Assembly: GCF_027921745.1 (NCBI RefSeq)
Contig: NC_079238.1
Coordinates: 806,001-870,000, forward strand
Source of the DNA: Schizosaccharomyces osmophilus
Taxonomy: Eukaryota
Direction of reading: 5' to 3'
DNA: 64,000 bases
Shown here in pieces: positions 25,553 to 39,267 of this stretch. A program made the position numbers and the translations under genes. How positions within the stretch are numbered: position 1 is the stretch's first letter; each line of letters starts with the position of its first letter. The notes below the pieces were generated by a model. It was not told where the DNA came from, did not search any database, and saw only the letters and a program-made list of their open reading frames with translations.

Positions 25553-26423
25553 ACAGCTGCACTTACCAATTTTGTAACGTACTTTCCAGGCATTGACCTT
25601 TGTCGTCATGTTTTTATAGAATGAGCCTTGTCTATGAATATTTGAATCCTTTTACTAGAGACTAACGTGTCGTTTATGCCTTGTTGTGGAAATGTTTGCC
25701 TCCTTGAAAAGAAACCTTTCCATTTGTCACTATCTTTTTCGAAATCTTTATCAACACTCCTTCCTTGAAGCTTCTGGTCACTCCTGAAGAGAAGAGCTGG
25801 CATATCTTTGTACACAGTTTAAAACAAGGGAGACAGACCGTTTCCTTGTCCTTTCTTTGTCCCGTATTTTATGATAATCTTTTATTAATTTTTTATCACT
25901 TCTAGATATCTCCTTTTTGTATGTTTAAATAAGATTATCTTGCCTTGTTTTCTTGGCGCTCGACACGTCGCTCATTCATTTCCACAGAAACGGATTGTTT
26001 ATAAATCAAGATGCGTCAAACTCATCTAACTCCCTTCGGCCATTCCATTTCATACACGTATCATAAGGAAGAGTCACCAAAAGTACAGAAAGCCGTGTAC
26101 GGTTTCAAGTATTCTCGTTGCAATATTCAATCGTAAAAGTTTTGAAGGTTTCAAACCTTAAGAGAAGTTTCAGCATGAATTCCCTTCTTGTTTAGCACGA
26201 CTGCATATTACTTCAAAACGACGCACCAGAAACCGAATGCTGGAAAACCATTTCCAGTTTCTTTTTCAAAACCTAAAAAATACTTGATTTTCTTATTCAT
26301 TTGCTTCTAATATAATATCTTTTGTCTTGTTGAGAATTGTATATATATGCTAGCAAAAGTATCACTTCATCCACTACCATATGTTTATAGATTAATTCTG
26401 CCTCCTAGACCTCGCTTTTTTTA

Positions 26424-29212
26424 ATGGCAGAGAAAAGCATCTTTAAAGGGCAGAATGTAGTGGAATACAGTACATCTGACCCGTTGCTTTTATTCATTGT
26501 TCAGGTACGCGTTCAGTACGCGAATTGTCGTTCTAACGTTTAGGCAATCCTTATAATAGGCCTTTCACGCCTTCTTCACTTTCCTCTTTCTTTTTTACAG
26601 CAGCCTAGGGTAATCGCTGAGGTGTAAGTTTCATGAAGATGCTAAAACATGAATAAATGTTGATTGACGAGGTTTTCCTTTTTCTCTATATTGAAATTTA
26701 TAGGAAAAAAATCTAACTATTTATTAGAATTGGCGGAATTCTTTTGGGTCCTACTGCATTTGGCAGGATTCCTGGGTTCTTGTCCCATATATTCCCCGAT
26801 GATTCTTTGGGTCCTCTTAATCTCGTTTCCAACCTTGGCTTGGTTTTGTATCTGTTCGTAATTGGAATGGAGGTTGATATGAGTGTGTTTGTTTCCAATT
26901 ACAAAGTCACTACCTTGGTAACCCTTAGCAGCATTCTGTTTCCTTTTGCCGCTGGTTCAGCTATATCTGTTGGGTTGCACCAATTTACGCCCAAGTCTAA
27001 CTTTGGTGAATTTTTATTATTTATTGGAACAGCTATGTCGATTACAGCTTTTCCTGTACTGGCGCGAATTCTTTCTGAGTTGCATCTTCTTCATCGCCGA
27101 CTCGGTGTCATCGTCTTAGCTGCTGGTGTTGGAAACGACGTTGTGGGGTGGATTCTTTTGGCCCTCTCAATTACATTGGTTAATAGTGGAACAGGAGTTC
27201 AAGCCATTTACGTCCTGTTACTAGTTTGTGGTTGGTGTGTCTTTTTGTTTTTATTAGTAAAACCTTTGCTAAGGTACTTGGCGATAAAGACAAAAGCATT
27301 GGAAAAAGATCCATCAGAGTTTTTTATTTGTATACTCTTGTGCTTTGTGCTAATCTCTGCCTTTTTTACCGACATCATTGGTGTGCATCCCATTTTTGGA
27401 GGATTTCTGATCGGGACAATTATTCCACACGAAAATGACCTTACAATTAAAATTACAGAAAAAATTGAAGATTTGGTCGTATGCCTATTATTGCCGTTGT
27501 ACTTTGCTAGTTCTGGTCTTAAAACAAATATAGCAACTTTGAATGACGGCAAATCATGGGCTTATACCGTGGGGGTAATTATAGTTGCAATCTCTTCTAA
27601 AATATTTTCTAGTACTTTGGCTGCGCGTTGTTTAAAAATGGCTTGGTCTGAGTCATGGGCAATTGGTTCTCTCATGTCATGCAAAGGATTAGTGGAACTG
27701 ATTGTTTTAAATATTGGCCTTTCAAGTGGGATTTTAGATGAAAAGATATTTACCATGTTTGTTGTCATGGCTGTGGTAACTACGTTCGTAACCACGCCCA
27801 TGACTAGATTCTGTTTGCGATTTCTTCACTCTGACAGCGAGCAAACGGTTGCCAATCTCAGGGGTAGTATTCCTGAAAGCTCGTTTTCAAGCTACATCTA
27901 CAAATTCTGTGTGTTGTTTCACCAACCATCTGCGACATCGGCCGCAATGTTATTTACTAGTTATTTGGGTGAAAGCTATAACCACAAGAGTCCACTACTC
28001 TCTATGCCTATGTTTGAAATACAGGGAATTTCTACGACACACTTAGAATCCAGAACATCTGCTCTGTTAAAAGCGTCGCAGTTTCCGCATAATATTAATA
28101 AAGAAAACACCCTAGAAATGTTCAAAATATTTGTCCAGCTTAACGGGCTAAGGTTTAGCGAAAATCACATTTTTGTGGATGACACGGACTTTGCTGATGT
28201 TATACTTGAAACATTGAGTTTAAAAAATACTCAATTGCTTGTTGTACCTGTCTTGAAAGAAGTAGATATCGACTCTTCTTTGAAGCCGACCTCACGGTTT
28301 TCTTCCATCGAAAAAGCTTTCGGCTCTTTTGGTAAATTTCTTCACTTTCTGAAGACTTTTAAACACACAAGGATCCCTTTTAGCATGTTTTTAACCCAAA
28401 CGATTTCTGAAGTCCATGCCGTATCTAATCAAGGGAAAGACTCGTGGGATGTATCCGTAGTCCCTCGCGATAATGAAAGTCAGATTTCTATAGGAGCTTA
28501 TGAAAAAGTGGATTTCACTGAAGACACTACTGAATTACGACAGCATTGTGAAATTGGTAAAAAAACACTAGTTTACATTTTCACAGGTACTGTCAATGAT
28601 ATTTTGGCACTAGAGATGTTTCTAACTTTACTACACGACACTGAAAGTACAGCGATAATATATCTTTTTGAGGAATATCGAATCCCTTCGGCCGACATTA
28701 AACGACCTGAAGCAGCATACTCATTTGAGCAAATATTCTCAGATGAAAATGATCACAAGAAGGAGACGTTGTTGCCGAAATTGCGAAAGAAAATGAAGAA
28801 AGAAAAAAATCAGCCATCTTTCAACGCTTCTCGAAGATCCAGCAGTTTACCTCAACTCAGAAGTTTTTCCATTTTCGAAGCCAAATTGGCAAAGGTACAC
28901 CCCTGTATGCGCTCAAGGATCCGGTTTATTAGATTCTCTTCGGGAGATCAATTGGTTACTGGTATTCAAGAGCTCCTACGAGGCTCGAAAATGTTTCTAG
29001 ATAACCAAAAGGCACAATCCTTTATGATTTTAGCAGGTTGCGAGGATGCGTCAGACTCGCAACTCGATGATAATGGTGATGGAATTTTTTTTTCAAAGAA
29101 TAGACAAGGAGATATTATATCTAATTATGAGCATATATTCGGAAACTGCATACACCGCTTGCTCTTGGAGTTTCCATTGACTGACTTCTTTCTGGCAATG
29201 AACTCCCCTTAA
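26424..29212 (+). CDS. kha1: K+/H+ antiporter (CPA2 family), 3 exons
   Basis: Exons 26424-26504, 26544-26623, 26728-29212; [43 protein letters not shown]. Confidence 0.92.
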
Positions 29213-30656
29213 TGTTTACGTTTATGAATACTGATGTCCCTAATGTATATACATATTAATATATTAATTAGCTAATCTTCTGTAAATCTCAAAGACAGAA
29301 CACGCGTCAAGGCTTTCATTTCAATGTCTATATCATGAGTATAAGATAATATTTTGCTACGCATGGATTTCAATTTGGTATTACATGTCAACAGAACGAA
29401 CACGAAGAAATTATCAATAAATTGAGTTTGTTCTTCTTTTTTTATTATTATTATTACTTGAATGCATGCTATGAGTGCGATTTAAGGCGTGAAGTACGAA
29501 TTCCGATGATTCATCTTAATTTGTTTTCGTACTTATTTCTCACATTATTTGAGCTGATCTTTCCTGAATAATAAGATCCTCTTTCGTCTTGTACGAAAGT
29601 TTTCTACACCAAAATGGGATTCGAGATTGGCACACAACTGAGATGTTGGTTCAAACATTTCATATATTTGAGAATCATTGTCAAAGGTTGCTTAATCTCT
29701 TATTAAGCCGAAATGACATCTCGTGCCTATTGCTTTCAAAATTGAGAGTTAAGTACAAGCAAATGTTTTTCCTGAACTCTGGCTTAAAAAAACGCTTGAA
29801 AAGGTAAGTGGATGTTCATCCATATTATCATTATTCTTATATACTTGCCCTCAATGCTACGTTGCTTTTCTCGTCTCATTTCAGCATAAAACACGAATCC
29901 AGCGGCAGGATCTGACATAATAAAATTCGGCTACAACAAATTTGCTGCGCTTGACATTGTAAGTATCATCACTCTTCCTCTTGCTTTTAGGGTTCCTGGC
30001 TTTGTGACGATATTCCTGGCCTTTCCAAGAATTCTGATTGTCATCGTATAGTGCAACCGGGTTTGCTTAAGTGATGGAAATAAAAAGAAAACTCACATAC
30101 ATGGAATGTTTTAAAAGCCTTTTTAACTACTAAGAAGCCTGAAATCCGTTATGGTAGTGGTAATTCTCTGGTATGAAGATGAAAACCGCTCCTCAACAGA
30201 ATAGAGTCATGTCTCAAAGGTATTCTCCAGATAGCAATAAATTGAATTGAAAAGATAGAAAAGTTTTTTCCTTCGACTGTTCTTCTCACTTTCGAGTATG
30301 AAGCTTTCACTTCATTGTCAAGAACATCACATACCTTCAAAGATGACCACTTCCAAACTATTATTGTGAAAAAATCTACCTATGTTGTTTTTTTAAAAAA
30401 TATATATATAACCACCTTATAAACCAAGTGTTTTTTTATTCTTGTTAAAGAAAGTGTCTTAACATACTTACCTTCTTGGAGCGTACCATCATCGATATAT
30501 GTAAACAAAAAAGAACCTCGGACTTTTGAATTTGTTCTTTCTCGGTGTATTAAGAAAGTTGTTTAATTAAGATCTATTCTTTAATACTACCTGCTTGTTG
30601 CTGTAATTAGAAGCGGTTGCTTACACAAGAAAGAGTGTTAAGGACTTACATTCAGA

Positions 30657-30662
30657 AGCCTC
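30657..30662 (+). promoter_or_regulatory. candidate CDRE (Prz1/calcineurin element) upstream of cmk1
   Basis: AGCCTC about 390 nt before the ATG; S. pombe cmk1 is Prz1-induced. A single hexamer, may be chance. Confidence 0.35.
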
Positions 30663-31045
30663 TATATTCGACCATTTAGAATTTATTCCTTTATTGATAG
30701 GATATTATTTCCTTATTTTTGCTTTCTTGTTCCGTACATTTTTCTCCTGGTTTTCGATTGAGTATTAGAAGGATCAACTTTATTTCTCTCTACTGTTTAA
30801 TTCTCTCTTCCAAATTCTTTAGTTTACAACTATTTATTTCAAGCAGTCGTTCGACGAACGACGGCTGAAGGAAAAACGAAAACTCATCCTTTGAAAATCT
30901 GGTAATTTAAGAAAACCGTTCCGTTCTTCTTTTTGACCTCCGGCTAGACGATTGCATTGATTTTTATTTTTTGCTACTATCCCTTTTTTATGATACTCTT
31001 GACACTGGACTCACTTTATAATACCTTTTGTTAAGATTTACGAAC

Positions 31046-32127
31046 ATGCAAGCCAACCATCAAAATACACCACAAATCAGTGATGGACCCTCAGCGCCCG
31101 CACAAAAGTCAATCTCAAAAGAGAAATTACTACCTTGCAAGTATCGAACTGGTCGTGTTTTGGGCGGCGGAAGTTATTCGGTCGTCAAAGAAGCCGTTCA
31201 CGTCGAAACAAAAGAGTTGTATGCAGCGAAGATTATAAACAAGAAGCTAGTTGAGAAAAAGCCTGAATTTGTAAAAAACGAAATCACTATTTTAAAACGA
31301 ATTTCATGTGGACACCCCAACATTCTTCGCCTTGTTGACTATTTTGAGACTGTAAATAACTTGTACCTAATCACCGAGCTTGCTACTGGCGGCGAACTCT
31401 TCGACCGAATTTGTGCTCAAGGGTCATTCTATGAAGCGGATGCCGCTAGGCTCATACGCACGACTGCCTCTGCCGTTAATTACCTGCATGAAAACGGAAT
31501 TGTTCATCGTGACCTAAAGCCAGAAAATTTACTTTATCGTTCTAAAGACCCAGAATCTGAGCTGTTAATTGCTGATTTTGGGCTATCCCAATTCTATGAT
31601 GATTCACAATACTACATGTTAATGACAGCTTGTGGTACTCCCGAGTATATGGCGCCAGAAATATTTCGACGCGTCGGTTATGGAAAATCTGTGTAAGTAA
31701 TCCGGTGCTTTATAAACATTTATTTTTTTCTATTTACTGACTTTTTATATTTAGAGATATTTGGTCTATCGGTGTAATAACTTACTTCTTGCTATGCGGA
31801 TATTCCCCGTTTGTGCGATCTTCACAGGTAGAAGTCATTGAAGCAGTCTTGGCAAACCAATATGAATTTCACGAAGCTTACTGGTCCGGTGTCTCTTCTA
31901 CTGCAAAAGATTTTATTCGTAAATGTTTGGAAGATGACCCGGCGAAACGATTGACTGCTATAGAAGCCATACAGCATCCGTTTCTTTCTACAAAGATCCC
32001 GGCCACTGCAAACCTGCTTCCCAAAGTTCGAGAAAACTTTAATGCACGTAAGAAGTTTAGAAAAGCCTTTAATGCTGTACGGGCCTTCAATACTTTAAAG
32101 AAAGACATCGAACCAAAATCTCGCTAG
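31046..32127 (+). CDS. cmk1: Ca2+/calmodulin-dependent protein kinase, 2 exons
   Basis: GGGSYSVV, HRDLKPENLL, IADFGLS, TACGTPEYMAPE, CaM-binding FNARKKFRKAFNAVRA; intron 31693-31754. Confidence 0.94.
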
Positions 32128-32540
32128 AGCCCATATCCATTTATATACACTTTTGTCGGCATAAATCTTTATTACGTTTCACCATGTCTATTTACATTTA
32201 GCATTTTTCATAAATACAATATTATCATTCTTTTTGCATGTAAGGACCTTTAATTCATGTTCGAACTGCAAACATGTTTTTATAAATTCATGGACATGAT
32301 AAACCATAACTATCATATAAACCCTAGCAGCGTATACAACAAAATCGTATAGCTGCTAAGCTTCTATTACCCTAATTCTAACGAAGCTGGAGAGAGGAGA
32401 TTGTAAAAAAGAATAAACAAAAGAACGCAAAGCAAGTTTCGTAAGTAGATTCCGTTCGACATACGAAACAAGTAAATTCAAACCAGGTTGGAACATTTAA
32501 TAAATAAGCATGAATAAAGCAGATAAAAATACATAATACC

Positions 32541-34532
32541 TTAAGCCGAGAATATACTAACGGATCCGTCGGTTTTACCATCAACCAAAAATCGATCTCT
32601 GTATTGAAGATATGTAGGAGTGACCTCACCGAGAACACTGTTATTCAAAATGTTTTGAGGGTAGTCACTACAAATCCATGTGCGATGCGAATTGACATCG
32701 AAAACACGGATACTTGGATCTTCAGCGGCGACAGCAAGTCGACCTTCGCATACTCTCAAAGATGACACACGCTTTTCCATTGGTATTATATCCAGAGGTG
32801 ATCCACTACGTAAATCCCAAATACGTACAGAGTTATCAAAGCTTCCAGAGTAAAGGTAGTTGGAGTCAAATTGAAGCGTACTAACTGGAGCAGTATGTCC
32901 AAAAAAACTTCTCACAGGTAATCCAACTCTTAAATCCCATATGCGAATAAGACCGTCTACAGTACCACTAGCAACGGCAGCATCTAAACAATCCAAAGCA
33001 CGTATAAATGGTTCATTTGTGATAGAATAAGTAGGATCATTCACTGTGGTTAATTTTGGAGAGGGATCTTGAGTATCAGCCCAGACAAAGTCCAGCGTTT
33101 GTATGCATCTACCTGTTATAATATCCCACTGGCGAACCGTTTTATCATTAGCACCAGTAAGTAAAACATCATCAGAAGACAAAGTGAGAGCGGTAACAGG
33201 ACCAGTGTGGGAAGACAAAATAGTGGTAGCATTATCTTTCGTATGACTTTTGGCTTTCTCATCATTACCATTAAGTTCATTAGAAGGGGAGTGTTCTTTT
33301 GTATTTTGCAATGTTCCATTCTCCAAGTTCCACAGACGTACACTAGAGTCCATTGATCCAGTAGCGATAAAGGAGTCCTGCATTGCCAAACAAGAAACAT
33401 AATCCTCATGTCCCTCCAGTTGTCCCAAACAGACGACACCGGCCATGTCCCAGACCTTGACGGTTTTGTCTAAAGATGCGGTAACGAGATTACCAAAGGG
33501 ATGAGAAAAATCTAGGCTAGTTATAGGCGAAGAATGAGCTTGAAATTGTTTTACTGGAGTTCCTGATATAAGACTTAAGGTTGTCGGCTGTTCATCTTTT
33601 TGATTTTCTTCACTAGCCGAGGCAGCAGAAAAATTTAGATAATCTGACGCTAAATCATTAGAAGCCGAAGTAGGAGCAGCACCAGAAGGCGTTCCTTTAT
33701 TTACAGCAGTTAATTTCTGGGAATCGTTCGAACTATACTGGAATGCACCTGTGGCTGTTGTAGAGTCTTGGGAAACATTCCCTTCAACATAGTCATCGAT
33801 CAATTCCTTGGAGTCGACTTCTAAGACCTGCTTTTCTAAGGAAGTCAATTGGGAGTCATATTCTAAACATTTATCTTCCGTATGATTCAGCTTGTTGAGG
33901 ACTTGTCGACGTCGTAAATGCAGTTTAGATAGCTCGGCATCAATTTGCACTAGTTCACTTGTGTGCACATTTCTACGGACATGAAGCTTTCTGCAATAAT
34001 TGACGAGGAATCGATGTTGGGAAGCAGGAGAAGCGTCATTACTCGACGCTTGGCTGATATTTGAATTTTGCGATTCCTGTTTTAAAGCACCAGCAGATGA
34101 TCCACTGTTTTTTGCTTTCAATGATAGGTTATCCGATTTCGTTTCTGATACTTCATATCCATCTAGCAAACTATATGGGGTATCATTGCTGTCGGGAATT
34201 TCACGCAAAAGACTTTCCGGTAATGGAGCTGGCACGGAAGGCTCATGATGGATTTGCGACGTAATCCAGTTGCCAAAATTGGCTGGAGTTAACTTTGGTC
34301 TTACAAAAGGATGGGATAAACTTCTTAAAAAACGGCTCACAGGATTGACAAACGGATTGGAAGGGTTGCTTTCAAAAAGGCTCCAGGTCGTAACAGCGAG
34401 TACCTTAGACCAATAGGAAACACCCTTTTGCAAAATTGTTGGCGGAGCCGTTAATTGAGAGGATTTTGACCGCTGTTGAGAGCGTTTATCCGACGGCTTT
34501 GAGTTTAAGTATCGATTTTTTGATATTTCCAT
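32541..34532 (-). CDS. caf4: mitochondrial fission WD40 adaptor Caf4/Mdv1
   Basis: N-terminal YSLLDGY segment, coiled coil, multiple WD40 repeats (TASLDKTVKVWD, GTVDGLIRIWDLR). Confidence 0.88.
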   Translation of the reverse strand: MEISKNRYLNSKPSDKRSQQRSKSSQLTAPPTILQKGVSYWSKVLAVTTWSLFESNPSNPFVNPVSRFLRSLSHPFVRPKLTPANFGNWITSQIHHEPSVPAPLPESLLREIPDSNDTPYSLLDGYEVSETKSDNLSLKAKNSGSSAGALKQESQNSNISQASSNDASPASQHRFLVNYCRKLHVRRNVHTSELVQIDAELSKLHLRRRQVLNKLNHTEDKCLEYDSQLTSLEKQVLEVDSKELIDDYVEGNVSQDSTTATGAFQYSSNDSQKLTAVNKGTPSGAAPTSASNDLASDYLNFSAASASEENQKDEQPTTLSLISGTPVKQFQAHSSPITSLDFSHPFGNLVTASLDKTVKVWDMAGVVCLGQLEGHEDYVSCLAMQDSFIATGSMDSSVRLWNLENGTLQNTKEHSPSNELNGNDEKAKSHTKDNATTILSSHTGPVTALTLSSDDVLLTGANDKTVRQWDIITGRCIQTLDFVWADTQDPSPKLTTVNDPTYSITNEPFIRALDCLDAAVASGTVDGLIRIWDLRVGLPVRSFFGHTAPVSTLQFDSNYLYSGSFDNSVRIWDLRSGSPLDIIPMEKRVSSLRVCEGRLAVAAEDPSIRVFDVNSHRTWICSDYPQNILNNSVLGEVTPTYLQYRDRFLVDGKTDGSVSIFSA

Positions 34533-35394
34533 CAGACAAACGTACCAAAAATAAAAGCTCTTGGGATAGTTGTATTTGAGAGAAACGGAGTCTTTATAGA
34601 CTTGACCTTAGAAGGTTTTGGCTGTGAATTCAAATCAAGTCTTTTCACTAAGTCTGCTTTTTCTAGTATAGTGGAACTTTTGCTGTTACCACAGAAACAT
34701 GAAAGAAAGTGTCAGCATTCAATGATAATATTAGTCTATAGATATGGATTCAACGATCGATTCCAGATGACCTATACAGACAAAATCCAACAAAAGTTCA
34801 GCTTTTGAATGTGTTTTTTTATAACTTGTTTTGTTATTCAAAATGCGCGAGTTTCGTAATGTAAATATCAGCTCTTCCTAGTTCCAATTAATATAGGTAG
34901 AGGATGCGTATGAGATAGTCCAAATGACCCTAGTAATATTCCTTCTACATTGATGGGTCGAAGACCTTCTTCAAGAAATAAACAAGAAACAAAAAGAAAA
35001 AAAGTGGAAAAGGGCAAATAGTTGATCCTTCTGTCCATTCGTTTGGAATTGAGAACGCAACTTATATTTGAATGCAATGCTGATCCATTCAGGTAAACCA
35101 AGCGTTTCATACTTGCATAGTAATCTCAATCAAAGGATTTGCATCATTTTTTGTTCAACACTCACAGCAAAGCACTACTCCTGCCTTCCAAACCGTCCTC
35201 AGAATCTAGAAAAAAAAAAAAAAAAAGCTGCAGAAATCAAATTTCACGAATAAAACCGTATCAAAGAAATCATTCAAAAACTAACCATTTCTCTCCACTT
35301 TCGCAGAAAGCTTAGACGTTTCATTTGGTTTTGTTTCTTATTTTCAATACTTTTATCTTCATATTAATCAAAAAGTAACATCTTTCAACTCCTG

Positions 35395-35469
35395 TCCCGT
35401 TTAGCTCAATCGGATTAGAGCGTCCGGCTTTTAACCGGAAGGTTGCGAGTTCGAGTCTCGCAGTGGGAG
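35395..35469 (+). tRNA. tRNA-Lys(TTT)
   Basis: TCCCGTT/AGTGGGA acceptor stem, TCCGG-CTTTTAA-CCGGA anticodon arm, GTTCGAGTC T-loop, T-run terminator. Confidence 0.96.
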
Positions 35470-35973
35470 TTCTTTTTTTTGGTTTTTTGTTTTATTTATT
35501 GCTTGTGATCTTAAACGTAAAACTAATTATTTGTTTCTTTTCTTTTTAGAATGGAGTCTATGAGAATTGCTTCGCTCTCAAACTACTGTAAAAGGCACGA
35601 TACTATTGCTTCTACAAAAAACAGAACCATCATGATGGAACGAAAAATAGGCGTTCAAGACGTATGCTGTAAATAGAAGGAAATGATGTAAATTTTCATT
35701 TTATTTGGAAAAGGAGTTCGTAAGTGTATGATAGCTATTGCCAGCTGGTGAAAAAGAATCTTTTTCTTTTTTATCGGGGTTTTTTTTTTATTTCCAGAAG
35801 ACAAGAATTGAATTATTATTAACAAAACAAAAAGAGTAGAAAACGAGAAATCATTCACATTAAATAAGACTTCCATCTAGTATGCACGTAGAAAATTTTA
35901 ATTAGTGGGAATCAAAGTTCAAACTAAAGCCGTCGTTTCACGGTTCATCCATTCGAATAAAACAAACGAAATT

Positions 35974-37545
35974 TTAAACAGAAAAATCAATATTCGGTTG
36001 ATTAGCTACTTCTAATACTTTACCGGGAGCCGCAATGTTGCCTGTAGGGTGGGGAATTCCATTAGATACTACGATTTCTTCAGGAATACCAGAAGGCGAG
36101 ATCTTCCATTGCTTATAATCACGTCGCTCTTCAATATAATCAAACGCATATTCACCAATTTGGTCTGCGTCCACACCGATTTCTTCCGCGTCAGGAGTAA
36201 CACGAATCTGCAAGAAGGGGATTTTATCTGCAATAAATAAAATAATAAAAGTAACAACAAAATCATACGCTGCAACCGCACAAATGTAGGCCACTTGTAA
36301 TCCCAATTGGCGCCAATGATGATTGAACCATCCACCTCGAATGGCATTGTCACCGACTAATGTTCCGTCCATAGCCGCTATGTAGTCAACGGCAAAAAGA
36401 CCATTCAAAATGGTACCAACAAAACCAGCAACGCCGTGAATAGCAAAAATATCCATGGCGTCGTCAATCTTCATGTGCGTCTTTAACAAAATGGCCCAAT
36501 TACAAATTAGACCGGTAACTGCACCAATGGCCAAAGAAGCATGAGGACTTACGAATCCTGCACAAGGAGTAGCTGCAACCAAACCAGCTACTACACCAGA
36601 ACAAAAGCCAATGGTGGTCCACTTTCGAGTTTTAAATATAAAGTCTTGAACGACCCAGACTAGACCTGCTGTTGCAGCCGTCAGGTTTGTGTTGGTGATA
36701 GCTATTGCTGCACGAAGGTTCGATCCATAAGCGCTGCCACCGTTAAACCCGAGCCAACCAAACCAAAGAAGAGCAGTTCCCAAAACGACGTTCAGTACGG
36801 AATGAGGACGATATTGTTCAGCTAAAAACTTGGAACGACGGCCTAAACAGACGGTGTAAGCTAAAGCAGCAAAACCAGACCCTACTTCCACTGGACCACC
36901 ACCAGCAAAATCATACACGCCCCATTTATATGCCCATCCATTTGGATTCCAAATCCAACAGGTAATGGGGCAATAGACGACAGTGAGCCAAATAAAGGTA
37001 ATCAGGAGCATTGGTCCAATACGGCCACGTTCAGCGGCGGCACCGGTAAACAACGCGACCGTAATGGCCGCGAACATTCCTTGGAAGTTTGCGAACACAA
37101 GTTCGGAAACGTTGTTGCTTCCTGGCGAGTAGTCTGCCAAAGTCCGAAGGAAGGCAAAATGACGGAGATTGCCAATATACCCAGAAGTGCCGGTTTGAGA
37201 AAAGGCAAGGGAATAACCCCAGAAATACCATTGAAACATAGTTATGCATAGACCGAGCATAGAAAGCATAATTAAGGCTAACGTATTTTTACGGCGGGCA
37301 AGTCCAGAATAGAAAAAGGCAACACCAGGTACCATAATTAAACACAAACATGTCGATGTGAGCATCCAGCTAATATTACCATTGTCAAAAAACTTGTTGA
37401 GGTTTTCCTGCCGAACATCACCACCGCTACTTCCAGTTGGAGTCGCGGAGGATGCAAAAGAAGTTATATAGTTTGTCACAACTTCTTTCATTACTGGAGT
37501 GGTATCTAGAGAAACAGGTGTAGGAGGAGTATGTGTATGAGCCAT
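35974..37545 (-). CDS. amt2: ammonium transporter (Amt/Mep)
   Basis: FFYSGLARRKN, DFAGGGPVE, LWFGWLGFNGGS, IDDAMDIFAIHG, EEIGVDADQIGE. Confidence 0.93.
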   Translation of the reverse strand: MAHTHTPPTPVSLDTTPVMKEVVTNYITSFASSATPTGSSGGDVRQENLNKFFDNGNISWMLTSTCLCLIMVPGVAFFYSGLARRKNTLALIMLSMLGLCITMFQWYFWGYSLAFSQTGTSGYIGNLRHFAFLRTLADYSPGSNNVSELVFANFQGMFAAITVALFTGAAAERGRIGPMLLITFIWLTVVYCPITCWIWNPNGWAYKWGVYDFAGGGPVEVGSGFAALAYTVCLGRRSKFLAEQYRPHSVLNVVLGTALLWFGWLGFNGGSAYGSNLRAAIAITNTNLTAATAGLVWVVQDFIFKTRKWTTIGFCSGVVAGLVAATPCAGFVSPHASLAIGAVTGLICNWAILLKTHMKIDDAMDIFAIHGVAGFVGTILNGLFAVDYIAAMDGTLVGDNAIRGGWFNHHWRQLGLQVAYICAVAAYDFVVTFIILFIADKIPFLQIRVTPDAEEIGVDADQIGEYAFDYIEERRDYKQWKISPSGIPEEIVVSNGIPHPTGNIAAPGKVLEVANQPNIDFSV

Positions 37546-39267
37546 GGTCGGTCAAAATAAGTATCGCACAAAACAGGAAAATAAAGATCGATTAATAACA
37601 AGAACGCAAACGAAAACAAAAAAGAAAAAGAGATGAACTATAACCAAAAAAAAAGGTATTAACGATTGAAAATGAAATAAACGGTAACGACCGATGTATC
37701 CAGGAAAATGAGACGTAACAAATCGAATGGATTCTTTTTTCCCTGTTTAATACTTATAATTTGCTTTTTACTTTTAATCTGTTGATTAAGAAGTTTTTCA
37801 ACTATTAACAACAAGGGAAGCAACTTGAATGAGAATTCAGTTAAAATCTTTTTGTACAAAGCTCAAACAGATAGGAAAATGCCAGATTGACAAACCCAAG
37901 TGTCGAAATTCGTTTTAAAGGGCTTCAATAATTATCATAAGTCAAAGATATGGGAGCAATCGTTTCAATTCGGGTGGTGGTGGTTTTTAGGGAAGTTTCT
38001 GTAATGGAAAGAGATGATCCAAAGCGATTAAGGAATCGAGAGGCAAATTGCTAACGCTACAGAGAAGGTAAGAAGAGAATAAAAATAAATAAGCAACATA
38101 TAAACATAATCAGATATTAGGATTCTGCATTCATGATTTTGCGGTTGATGCGGGAAAAATTTTTTTTACCCACTGATAATGTTAGCGATGGTTCAAGATG
38201 TCAATAGGTGCAACAGCCGCAGCTTGGAATTTTAAATCCGATACTATGGGAAAGCGACGCCAATCAGACAAAGCAGAAGTACATCGTTGAGAGGTCGAAA
38301 TCCATTGCTCGTAGCTTGATGTTGCTGTTGCTGTTGAGGGATTTTCAGTTTCGTAGAGACGTATGAATTCCATATAATTTGTGATGCCTGTATGGAGGGA
38401 ACAGTAACTTAGCACTCGTTTTGAACGTGCATTCTCAAGGCAGACAAGCTTCTTGTTTTCGTCCTGTTCCTAATCAGCTTGTCGGAAGGGAAACGAAGGA
38501 GACAGAATTGTTTCGGGCCCTGCAAACGGATCATAGAATGCATATTGTTTGATTTGTTGATATATCGATTAATAAACGCTTCCAACGTTTGCTATTTTTA
38601 CAACTGACAAAGCAGCCACAAAAAAAAAAAAAAAAGAACAAACAAACAAACAGGACAGAGCAGACAGGGTGAAATGGAAATTTAAGGACAAGTTTAAGTT
38701 TGGAAACTTTGGAGGCGAAGAATCATAAATAAAACTGGATGTAAACACACTAGAAATGAATTTAGCACAAGGTTGAAGGGTTCATTTTGACTAGCACTTT
38801 TCAATAGTTTGAAACATAGAATCAGATAATAGTAGTTATTTTTAAGAGAAAAATAAATATTCAAAAAGCAAAAGGAATAGCTCCATTGAGTTTTTTAGCA
38901 TAGTTCGTGTTTTTTAATATAGTAAGCTTTAAAATTCAGTAGGGGCTTCAGATTTTAAAGGTCTTTGTATCGTTGGACAGAAACAAGATTGCTCCATGGC
39001 AAGAACTTATAATAACCCGTAGGATTCATTAAATCTCGTCATAACTACAAATCGGTTTTTCAAAATAAAAACGTTGAAACAAATAATCGATCAGGCTGCT
39101 CCTTCCAAGCTCAACTGTTTCATCAAAGTATAGATGCTTAGGAATGTGAATGAAAACACCAAATATGCTGTCTCACAACTGATATTGAGCAAGGCAAGAT
39201 AGGCAAGGTAAGCGTTGAACATTCATTGGGGTTTGGTGTTCTCTTTTCAAATAAGCTTGCTCGTCTA

